35,731 bases of DNA, taken from IMG/VR virus record IMGVR_UViG_2713896799_000024, positions 1 through 35,731 of that record; one strand, 5' to 3'. Positions 28,609 to 35,731 of the stretch are shown here, in pieces (position 1 is the first letter of the stretch; the number at the start of each line of letters is the position of its first letter). The position numbers and the translations under genes were made by a program. The notes under the pieces were generated by a model. It was not told the DNA's origin and searched no databases. It was given only the letters and a program-made list of their open reading frames with translations. The DNA comes from a virus. Taxonomy: Duplodnaviria > Heunggongvirae > Uroviricota > Caudoviricetes.

Positions 28609-30822
28609 CTATTGATAGGTTTTACCAATTAGTGCCAGCTCGAAATGGATGCGTGGAATCTGCGAACGTTCAGCCTTTGTCATCCGCCCTGATGGCGCTA
28701 TCTGGTACGGTTTTAATGGTTCGCAGTTTCTTTGTTGCCAATTCGGTCTCGGTGCACCATGTTTTAATGCACTCCTGAGCACCGTCACAACTTCCGGGTC
28801 ATCCCATCCGATAACACCACTATCAACCAGATTTAACACCGCTGCGGCATGCTCAGACGGTGTAGGGTGCATAACCGGAACGTCACCGCCGGTGAACTTT
28901 CCACAGTTATTGACAGGACTCCGAGGCGCTGCGATGCCGCTTTTTAAAGTCAAAGGCTCAACGACCGGAACTTTCGGCACAATGCGCCAGTTCGTCGTTC
29001 TGGTGATATGAATATGACGCGCGCCGAGATGCGGCGCGTAAATGCCGACCACTCTCTCGACCTCTTCCTCGTACTCGTTAACATCATCCGACGGGCTACG
29101 GGCAACCCTGACAGTCTGACAATCGCGCGGGACATTTGCCCCACCCTGCGCGCTGATATACAACGCAAAATCACCACTGTCTGCGGCAGCGCGAGCAGCC
29201 TCGACGCGTTCGTCAAACTCATCAGCAATACTGACGCCGCGAGGCAATTTGCGTAGTTCACGGTAAGCCCCCATTGTCGGCAGTCCAACCGTTTTAAATT
29301 GCGGGATGCGCCACGTTGACGCCCATGCGGTAACAGCCGCGGCAGTATCTTTAAGCGGCTTACCGGTATCGTTATCGAGCTGACCATCCAGTGCATAGCC
29401 GTCGATATTTTTTGAAATGTATTTCGCGATATATCCCGCAGCACCGCCCCGATTAAGGTGTTTTGCCTGAAAACGGTTTCGCGCGGCTCCTCTTTCGTCG
29501 CCATCCTCTTTGAGCGCATAGCGACGCATGATTTCGATAATCTGGTTACGCTGGCGCGGATTACAAAAAAGCATCATATGCCAGTGCGGCGTTCCGTCGT
29601 GGTGTGGCTCGACGACACGCAAACCGTAGACCTGTAAATCATTATCCTTGAATGCCGTGCGCATCAGGCTCCAGATACGGCAGAGATAACGCTGCGCATC
29701 CTTTGGATTGAATGCCTCATCATTCCAGCCGTGATTAAGCTGGACGGTTTTACTTTCGCCTTTTCCGACCTGACGTGTCGGGTGATACTTTGACGGCGCG
29801 GTCAGCGTGATAAACATCCCCACATCACCCTCTGCGGCGGCGTAACGCTCAATACCGGCAATGGTGTTCATCAGCTCCATCCGGCGAATTTCAGGATTAG
29901 AAATACTGCCCATCACCTTACTGATAAGGTCGATGCGCTCGCCGGTTTCCCTGTTTTCAAGGTCACACGATTTAAGAAATTCCAGATTTGCCTGGCGGCG
30001 CGCACGCACATCACGAATGGCGTGTTTACTGGCATAAGGAGAACGGTCTTTATTGACCTCCCCGACAGCTATCAGTAACGCTTCATGCCAGCGCATACGC
30101 TGGCCTTTAAGCTGATGAGTCCACCACTCATCGTTAAACAGACGGGCAATGGCAGAATATGCCTGCCTCGTGGTCATCAGCCCTTTACGGTATTTTTTCC
30201 AGTAGAGAGGGGAAATATTGAAAGCACGTGCAGCGCCAGCAACATGACCATAGAGGTGAGCCTGCGCCTCATCCGTAAACAGCGATTCTTTTTCGCCATG
30301 CGCATCCACCCAGGCATCGCTGAGTTCCTCATACATCATGAAAAGCTGCGATGAGATACGGGCAGCAAACTTTTTCAGCTCCTTGTCATTCATTCCCGGC
30401 AGGCGCGCATAGTGGTCACGCTCTGCCAGAAACAGTAACGACGCGTCGGTGTTCATTTCATGGCGCTGATTCACACGCTCAATGCGCGGCCATAAACGAC
30501 GCTGAAAAGTGGATGTGAGGAAATAAAACCCGTGCACCGGGCTTTTATTGCGCCGGATGTAGTCATAGCGTGAAGTAAACAGCGAGCGCAAAAAGTAAGG
30601 CAGGCGGTTAATCGTGGATAAAACACCTTGCACCTGACGCATCTCGTCACGTGTAAGGGGTCTTTCGCGCCCGACGGCCTCGCGTGGCGCGTTCCATGCA
30701 TAAGCACCGGTAAACGCCTTACCGGTGCCTGCAGCAAATGCTGACGGAGGGACAAAACGCCCGGAGGCTTTAACGGCCATATGAGCCAAAAGCCTCTGAA
30801 CAACGCCTGCTGAGTTGCTCAA
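28609..30822 (-). CDS. A: Replication initiation protein A (rolling-circle HUH endonuclease); start codon uncertain (30822 or 30780)
   Basis: 737-aa ORF containing HUH-like motif PHWHMMLF and a YxxK-type region; P2 gpA-like throughout. Confidence 0.88.
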   Translation of the reverse strand: MSNSAGVVQRLLAHMAVKASGRFVPPSAFAAGTGKAFTGAYAWNAPREAVGRERPLTRDEMRQVQGVLSTINRLPYFLRSLFTSRYDYIRRNKSPVHGFYFLTSTFQRRLWPRIERVNQRHEMNTDASLLFLAERDHYARLPGMNDKELKKFAARISSQLFMMYEELSDAWVDAHGEKESLFTDEAQAHLYGHVAGAARAFNISPLYWKKYRKGLMTTRQAYSAIARLFNDEWWTHQLKGQRMRWHEALLIAVGEVNKDRSPYASKHAIRDVRARRQANLEFLKSCDLENRETGERIDLISKVMGSISNPEIRRMELMNTIAGIERYAAAEGDVGMFITLTAPSKYHPTRQVGKGESKTVQLNHGWNDEAFNPKDAQRYLCRIWSLMRTAFKDNDLQVYGLRVVEPHHDGTPHWHMMLFCNPRQRNQIIEIMRRYALKEDGDERGAARNRFQAKHLNRGGAAGYIAKYISKNIDGYALDGQLDNDTGKPLKDTAAAVTAWASTWRIPQFKTVGLPTMGAYRELRKLPRGVSIADEFDERVEAARAAADSGDFALYISAQGGANVPRDCQTVRVARSPSDDVNEYEEEVERVVGIYAPHLGARHIHITRTTNWRIVPKVPVVEPLTLKSGIAAPRSPVNNCGKFTGGDVPVMHPTPSEHAAAVLNLVDSGVIGWDDPEVVTVLRSALKHGAPRPNWQQRNCEPLKPYQIAPSGRMTKAERSQIPRIHFELALIGKTYQ

Positions 30823-31045
30823 CCTGCGCGTTTAAATCAGCAAAAGACTTTGCGCTTCCGATCAGAATATCGTGATGCATCAGGCCGGAAACGAGCTGGC
30901 TTAATTTCGGGTAATAACCAACCACCGCCAGCCATTCCTGACCGGCGTTTTTACCGCTTTCCGCTCTCTTTTTCTCGTGGAGAATAAACTGAAAGCTGTC
31001 ACTGGTAACGACATAACGTTCGCCAATTTCAATACGAATGCTCAT
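30770..31045 (-). CDS. Small early-operon protein (P2 orf83-like), function unknown
   Basis: 91-aa ORF in the B-A intergenic cluster; ends overlap neighbouring genes as in P2. Confidence 0.55.
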   Translation of the reverse strand: MSIRIEIGERYVVTSDSFQFILHEKKRAESGKNAGQEWLAVVGYYPKLSQLVSGLMHHDILIGSAKSFADLNAQVEQLSRRCSEAFGSYGR

Positions 31046-31266
31046 GCCATTCTCCGGTAATGTTTGTTTTTTGCTTCAAAGACTGACTGACAGGAAACAC
31101 AACGCGTGGCTGACGGATAAGCCGCACGACGGGCAGCAGGTATTGGCGCGTCACACTCTTCGCAAACCAGCGCAGAAGCACCGCAATGTTTTACTCTTGC
31201 CGCGTTAATCTGGCGCTCCAGTAATTCAGCCTGTTGTTCCTGAATAAAATCTACGTTGTCCGGCAT
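31042..31266 (-). CDS. TraR/DksA-type C4 zinc-finger protein (P2 orf82-like)
   Basis: 74-aa ORF with CEECDAPIP...CVSCQ (CxxC-N17-CxxC) motif. Confidence 0.65.
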   Translation of the reverse strand: MPDNVDFIQEQQAELLERQINAARVKHCGASALVCEECDAPIPAARRAAYPSATRCVSCQSVFEAKNKHYRRMA

Positions 31267-31571
31267 TACCAGCTCCTTTTGTCGTTAAGTTTTTTAAATT
31301 CATCAGCGCAATAGCTGGCAATTTCTGTCGTTAATTTCGTCAGTTCATCCACGGAGGAGATTTGCTTGTGAAATACAGCGCGTTTAACAAGTAAATTGAC
31401 CACATCAGACAGGAGATTTAATTCGTTCTGATAAATCGCGATAACAGACTCAGTTATTTCGCGTTTTTCTTTATCAAGACCAAGTTGAATAAGAGATAAA
31501 TCGCCATTTTTCATAACAGCGATTTTTAAGGCGTTATTCAGTAATACAACTGAATGAGAACAGGACATCAA
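31266..31571 (-). CDS. Small early-operon protein (P2 orf81-like), function unknown
   Basis: 101-aa ORF, ATGA-type coupling with neighbours. Confidence 0.5.
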   Translation of the reverse strand: MMSCSHSVVLLNNALKIAVMKNGDLSLIQLGLDKEKREITESVIAIYQNELNLLSDVVNLLVKRAVFHKQISSVDELTKLTTEIASYCADEFKKLNDKRSW

Positions 31572-31792
31572 AGCACCTCCCCGCGAGATAATCCGATATT
31601 GTGAAATTTTTCCGACTCCTGACTGAGCAGCTCGACTATCTCCACGCGGGATAACTCCGCCTTTGTGATGTGGCGAATCATGGCGTCAAGATGAGAAGAA
31701 AAGCGCGTCGCTGCGTCGGCCTGTGCTTCGGTTCTGGCCTGTTGCAGCAGTAATGCGTATTTACCGCACTGATTTTCAGAAACTGTATGCAT
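31568..31792 (-). CDS. Small early-operon protein (P2 orf80-like), function unknown
   Basis: 74-aa ORF immediately downstream of B. Confidence 0.5.
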   Translation of the reverse strand: MHTVSENQCGKYALLLQQARTEAQADAATRFSSHLDAMIRHITKAELSRVEIVELLSQESEKFHNIGLSRGEVL

Positions 31793-31855
31793 GACTTTCT
31801 CCAGGCAAAAAGAAGCCCCGCACGATTAAGTGCGTTAAAAACTCTGGTTAATTAC

Positions 31856-32356
31856 TTAATGCAGATATTGCTCTGGTTTTACCGACGTCAGAATTGTCGG
31901 TGCATACTCAAACAGACTGAATAATTCACGTAACGCACGGAATAAAGCATCACGCCAGTAACATGACTCTTCATTAATTCGCCAGTATGGCTGGTTAAAT
32001 TCTTTTTCAGTCAATCCGGCATGCATAAATAAAGTACGGCGCTGACTGACTGTTAAAAAACTAATATATGCATACTCACTTGCGCCAACCTGACGGCGTT
32101 TTGAGAATGCCCCACGCAATTCATCAATTGCACATACCAGTCGTTCACGTTCGACGTCGTTCATTTCTTCAAAACGCATCGTTGCGTGACGCTGTTTTAA
32201 CTGCGCATGGAAGCAAACCGTTAGCCGTTCACGTTCCATCATCTGATTATAATAATCGCATGTATCCTGCCAGCGAGGGACGGCCAGATGCTTACCAATT
32301 ATCCGGCGCATAGCTGCTGGCTGTTTTTCAACAAGATTGAGCGTCATCACTGTCAT
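31856..32356 (-). CDS. B: Replication protein B (helicase-loader-like)
   Basis: 166-aa ORF MTVMTLNLVEKQPAAMRRIIGKHLAVPRW..., same length as P2 gpB. Confidence 0.88.
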   Translation of the reverse strand: MTVMTLNLVEKQPAAMRRIIGKHLAVPRWQDTCDYYNQMMERERLTVCFHAQLKQRHATMRFEEMNDVERERLVCAIDELRGAFSKRRQVGASEYAYISFLTVSQRRTLFMHAGLTEKEFNQPYWRINEESCYWRDALFRALRELFSLFEYAPTILTSVKPEQYLH

Positions 32357-32613
32357 TTCCAGACCCTCCGGCTTTTCAGAAAGGTCAGAGCCTTCTTTAA
32401 CGGACTCTGTTTTTTGGTGCGGATAATGATTCCCTTACGCCCCTTACCGTGGGTAATGGTGAAGTCAATCGCCCTTGGGCTTTCGTTACGCAATAACTGA
32501 GCAATACAACGAGGCTCGTTCATCCTTTCCACCTTAAGCCGCACGGCCATGTCTTGATTTGCTGTAACTAATGCGATTTTTCCAGTCATGCCATTCTGTC
32601 GGAGCTTCATCAA
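32353..32613 (-). CDS. Small ORF between cox and B (P2 orf78 position); start uncertain
   Basis: 86-aa ORF with several candidate starts and no clear SD; kept only because of position. Confidence 0.35.
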   Translation of the reverse strand: MMKLRQNGMTGKIALVTANQDMAVRLKVERMNEPRCIAQLLRNESPRAIDFTITHGKGRKGIIIRTKKQSPLKKALTFLKSRRVWK

Positions 32614-32920
32614 CTAGCTGGGCTGCGTACTTGTCCCACTCACGGCGATTAATCCATAACTCAGCATGACCGCCCGGCTTTAATGGGTCCGTCATATAAA
32701 AGGCTGGTAACTTGCCTGCTTTCGCCATTTCAGCAACAGCGCGAGGCGTCTTACCGATGTAAAGAGCAAAACCCTCTTTCGAGAGCAAATCCGACGGTGC
32801 GGCTGCAAGTTTGATGTCACATTTTTTACTTTTTGTGAGATCAGATACTTTTTCTCCAACATCGTTATTCATTTCTGATCCAATACTCATTTTGATATCC
32901 TCAACTTTGGTGCCATTCAA
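32534..32920 (-). CDS. cox: Cox-like excisionase/transcriptional regulator; start codon uncertain
   Basis: C-terminal two thirds (FALYIGKTPRAVAEMAKAGKLPAFYMTDP...) are P2 Cox-like HTH; first gene of the early operon, divergent from C. The N-terminal ~35 codons are AT-rich and may not be translated. Confidence 0.7.
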   Translation of the reverse strand: MNGTKVEDIKMSIGSEMNNDVGEKVSDLTKSKKCDIKLAAAPSDLLSKEGFALYIGKTPRAVAEMAKAGKLPAFYMTDPLKPGGHAELWINRREWDKYAAQLVDEAPTEWHDWKNRISYSKSRHGRAA

Positions 32921-32994
32921 CCAGAGCTATTTGAAGCCGCTCTGCGTTGTTCTGGTGTGTCGCATACAACATAAATTACGAGATACGACAATTC

Positions 32995-33306
32995 ATGTCA
33001 AATACACAAATCACATCTCAAGCAGAGAAACTCGCACTTATTCGGGAATCAGAAAGAATGACAAGGAAGCAAGTTGCTGAATTAACTGGAATTAACTACA
33101 ACACCTATGCTGGATATGAGCAGGGAAAAGTAAAGATGTCTTTTGACGCAGGTATGAAATTTTTCAAGCCAGAAAGATTTCGCAAGTACCGTGACTGGTT
33201 CATGTTTGATGAAACTGATCCCGCTGGCGGACAAATAGCCCCGGCGCTCGCGCACATTGGGCAAGACTCAACAACCTTGCACCACTCAGACCAAAAGACT
33301 GGCTGA
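32995..33306 (+). CDS. C: Immunity repressor C (HTH)
   Basis: Translation from MSNTQITSQAEKLALIRESERMTRKQVAELTGINYNTYAGYEQGK...; C-terminus ...GQIAPALAHIGQDSTTLHHSDQKTG is P2 C-like; divergent from cox. Confidence 0.88.
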   Translation: MSNTQITSQAEKLALIRESERMTRKQVAELTGINYNTYAGYEQGKVKMSFDAGMKFFKPERFRKYRDWFMFDETDPAGGQIAPALAHIGQDSTTLHHSDQKTG

Positions 33307-33399
33307 CGATTTATTCAGCATATGTGTGCAGTAAATGTACGAAAGAAAATTGCATTAATTTTCAAGTAGTAGAAGTAAACAGCGTCATCGGAGGGCTTT

Positions 33400-33537
33400 A
33401 TGTCTATTAAAAAGCTCGATGATGGTCGTTATGAAGTGGACGTCAGACCGCAGGGTGCAGATGGAAAACGTATCAGGCGGAAATTTAAAACTAAAGGTGA
33501 AGCTCAAGCATTCGAACGTCATGTGCTGGTTAACTAC
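33400..33537 (+). pseudogene. int: Integrase, 5' fragment (46 codons) truncated by IS2 insertion
   Basis: GGAGGG RBS then MSIKKLDDGRYEVDVRPQGADGKRIRRKFKTKGEAQAFERHVLVNY, terminated by the TAG that forms the first 3 nt of IS2. Confidence 0.9.
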
Positions 33538-33628
33538 TAGACTGGCCCCCTGAATCTCCAGACAACCAGTATCACTTAAATAAGTGATAGTCTTAATACT
33601 AGTTTTTAGACTAGTCATTGGAGAACAG

Positions 33629-33994
33629 ATGATTGATGTCTTAGGGCCGGAGAAACGCAGACGGCGTACCACACAGGAAAAGATCGCAATTGTTCAGCAG
33701 AGCTTTGAACCGGGGATGACGGTCTCCCTCGTTGCCCGGCAACATGGTGTAGCAGCCAGCCAGTTATTTCTCTGGCGTAAGCAATACCAGGAAGGAAGTC
33801 TTACTGCTGTCGCCGCCGGAGAACAGGTTGTTCCTGCCTCTGAACTTGCTGCCGCCATGAAGCAGATTAAAGAACTCCAGCGCCTGCTCGGCAAGAAAAC
33901 GATGGAAAATGAACTCCTCAAAGAAGCCGTTGAATATGGACGGGCAAAAAAGTGGATAGCGCACGCGCCCTTATTGCCCGGGGATGGGGAGTAA
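33629..33994 (+). CDS. insC: IS2 transposase OrfA (InsC)
   Basis: Translation [41 protein letters not shown]... (121 aa). Confidence 0.92.
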
Positions 33995-34857
33995 GCTTAG
34001 TCAGCCGTTGTCTCCGGGTGTCGCGTGCGCAGTTGCACGTCATTCTCAGACGAACCGATGACTGGATGGATGGCCGCCGCAGTCGTCACACTGATGATAC
34101 GGATGTGCTTCTCCGTATACACCATGTTATCGGAGAGCTGCCCACGTATGGTTATCGTCGGGTATGGGCGCTGCTTCGCAGACAGGCAGAACTTGATGGT
34201 ATGCCTGCGATCAATGCCAAACGTGTTTACCGGATCATGCGCCAGAATGCGCTGTTGCTTGAGCGAAAACCTGCTGTACCGCCATCGAAACGGGCACATA
34301 CAGGCAGAGTGGCCGTGAAAGAAAGCAATCAGCGATGGTGCTCTGACGGGTTCGAGTTCTGCTGTGATAACGGAGAGAGACTGCGTGTCACGTTCGCGCT
34401 GGACTGCTGTGATCGTGAGGCACTGCACTGGGCGGTCACTACCGGCGGCTTCAACAGTGAAACAGTACAGGACGTCATGCTGGGAGCGGTGGAACGCCGC
34501 TTCGGCAACGATCTTCCGTCGTCTCCAGTGGAGTGGCTGACGGATAATGGTTCATGCTACCGGGCTAATGAAACACGCCAGTTCGCCCGGATGTTGGGAC
34601 TTGAACCGAAGAACACGGCGGTGCGGAGTCCGGAGAGTAACGGAATAGCAGAGAGCTTCGTGAAAACGATAAAGCGTGACTACATCAGTATCATGCCCAA
34701 ACCAGACGGGTTAACGGCAGCAAAGAACCTTGCAGAGGCGTTCGAGCATTATAACGAATGGCATCCGCATAGTGCGCTGGGTTATCGCTCGCCACGGGAA
34801 TATCTGCGGCAGCGGGCTTGTAATGGGTTAAGTGATAACAGATGTCTGGAAATATAG
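33952..34857 (+). CDS. insD: IS2 transposase OrfB (InsD), expressed as an OrfAB fusion by -1 frameshift at AAAAAAG (33946-33952)
   Basis: 301-aa DDE-transposase ORF overlapping insC; slippery heptamer A6G sits at the overlap. Confidence 0.9.
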
Positions 34858-34868
34858 GGGCAAATCCA

Positions 34869-35731
34869 ACTACCACAACAAAGAGTGGCTGGAGAAGCCA
34901 GCCGACCGCCGAACTCTTACAGAGTTGTTAGGCAGATGGTGGATATATCACGGAAAATCACATGAGCGTGGAAATATTGAACGGGGGCGTTTGACGACAA
35001 TAATCGCCAAATTTGCAGAAATGGGAGTGTCCAGAGCTGACCAGTTAACAAAGAAAACGATAACTGATTATCGAGTTGTAATGATGAACGATGGTCTAAA
35101 ACCAGCCAGCGTAAATCGGCATCTGGCAATAATGAGCGGGATGTTCACCAAGTTAATTGACGCCGGTGAATACCACTCTCACAACCCGTTCCGTGAGGTT
35201 AAGCGGTTACGTGAAGCTGTTACAGAAATGGCTTTTTTGTCCAGTGAAGAGATTACGCGGCTGTTATCCATGCTTGATGGTGATGAGTTAAATGCAACTC
35301 TGGTCTGCCTTTCTACTGGTGGACGCTGGAGTGAAGTGTCTAATTTGAAAGCTGAACACATCATTAACCAGATGGTTACGTTTATGAAAACTAAAAACGG
35401 AAAGCGCAGGACAATTCCCGTTTCGCAGGACCTGATTAAAAGGATCAAGACCAAAAATTCAGGCAGGCTTTTTAATGCCAGTTACTACAAAGTGCGTAAC
35501 GCTCTCAGGGAAGTAAAACCCGATTTACCTGACGGACAAGCAGTACATGTTTTGAGGCATACATTTGCCACACATTTTATAATGAATGGAGGTAACATAA
35601 TCACATTGCAGCGCATCCTGGGTCATTCTAACATTCAGCAAACTATGACCTACGCACACTTTGCACCGGATTTCTTACAAGATGCTGTGACTCTTAACCC
35701 GGTGTCAGGAATGTCCATAATGCGTCCATAA
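34869..35731 (+). pseudogene. int: Integrase, 3' fragment (tyrosine recombinase catalytic domain), separated from its 5' end by IS2
   Basis: In-frame continuation YHNKEWLEKPADRR... through HxxR and the catalytic-Tyr region (LGHSNIQQTMTYAHF); stop at the last base of the window. Confidence 0.9.

Larger units (their letters stand above)
33538..34868 (+). mobile_element. IS2: IS2 (IS3 family), complete 1331-bp copy, flanked by 5-bp target-site duplication ACTAC (33533-33537 and 34869-34873)
   Basis: Left end TAGACTGGCCCCCTGAATCTCCAGACAACC..., right end ...GGGGCAAATCCA; encodes InsC and InsD; length 34868-33538+1 = 1331. Confidence 0.95.
1..35731. mobile_element. P2-like prophage (window spans ogr to int; attL/attR lie outside the window)
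   Basis: Six-frame translations match essentially every P2 structural, lysis, replication and immunity protein in canonical P2 gene order; P2-type cos sequence present between Q and the A-side region. Confidence 0.9.

Noticed and set aside
1-35731. CRISPR arrays or tRNA genes
   Set aside because: No regularly spaced short direct repeats and no obvious tRNA-like cloverleaf sequences seen by eye; a tRNAscan-type search was not possible, so small RNAs cannot be fully excluded.

Overview
The window is almost entirely a P2-like (Peduovirus-type) prophage of an enterobacterial host, running from the 3' end of ogr (position 1) to the stop codon of int (35731). The backbone is in canonical P2 order: ogr-D-U-T-E/E'-FII-FI-[cargo]-G-H-I-J-W-V-[cargo]-S-R-lysC/B/A-K-Y-X-L-M-N-O on the minus strand, P-Q on the plus strand, then cos, [cargo]-A-orf83..80-B-cox on the minus strand, and C-int on the plus strand. 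Protein identities were recognised by reading the six-frame translations; no database search was run. Two insertion sequences have damaged the prophage: an IS21-family element (istA/istB) splits tail-fibre gene H, and a complete 1331-bp IS2 with a 5-bp ACTAC target duplication splits int, so the element is probably a locked-in, tail-fibre-defective cryptic prophage. Three visibly AT-rich, single-gene cargo insertions sit at three different backbone junctions: an FRG-domain protein at the Z/fun position (7117-8451), a P-loop ATPase fused to a C-terminal TIR domain between S and V (16353-17879), and a DUF4238-like protein at the tin/old position next to cos (27576-28505). The ATPase-TIR gene is the strongest candidate for an undescribed anti-phage system: it occupies a junction that is contiguous in P2, has its own sigma70-like promoter, and sits immediately upstream of an intact Ogr-type late promoter for V. 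Other signals are the E/E+E' -1 frameshift site, three related late-promoter dyads, cos, intrinsic terminators and a tandem repeat inside H. All coordinates come from manual reading; GC content and motif matches were judged by eye, not computed.
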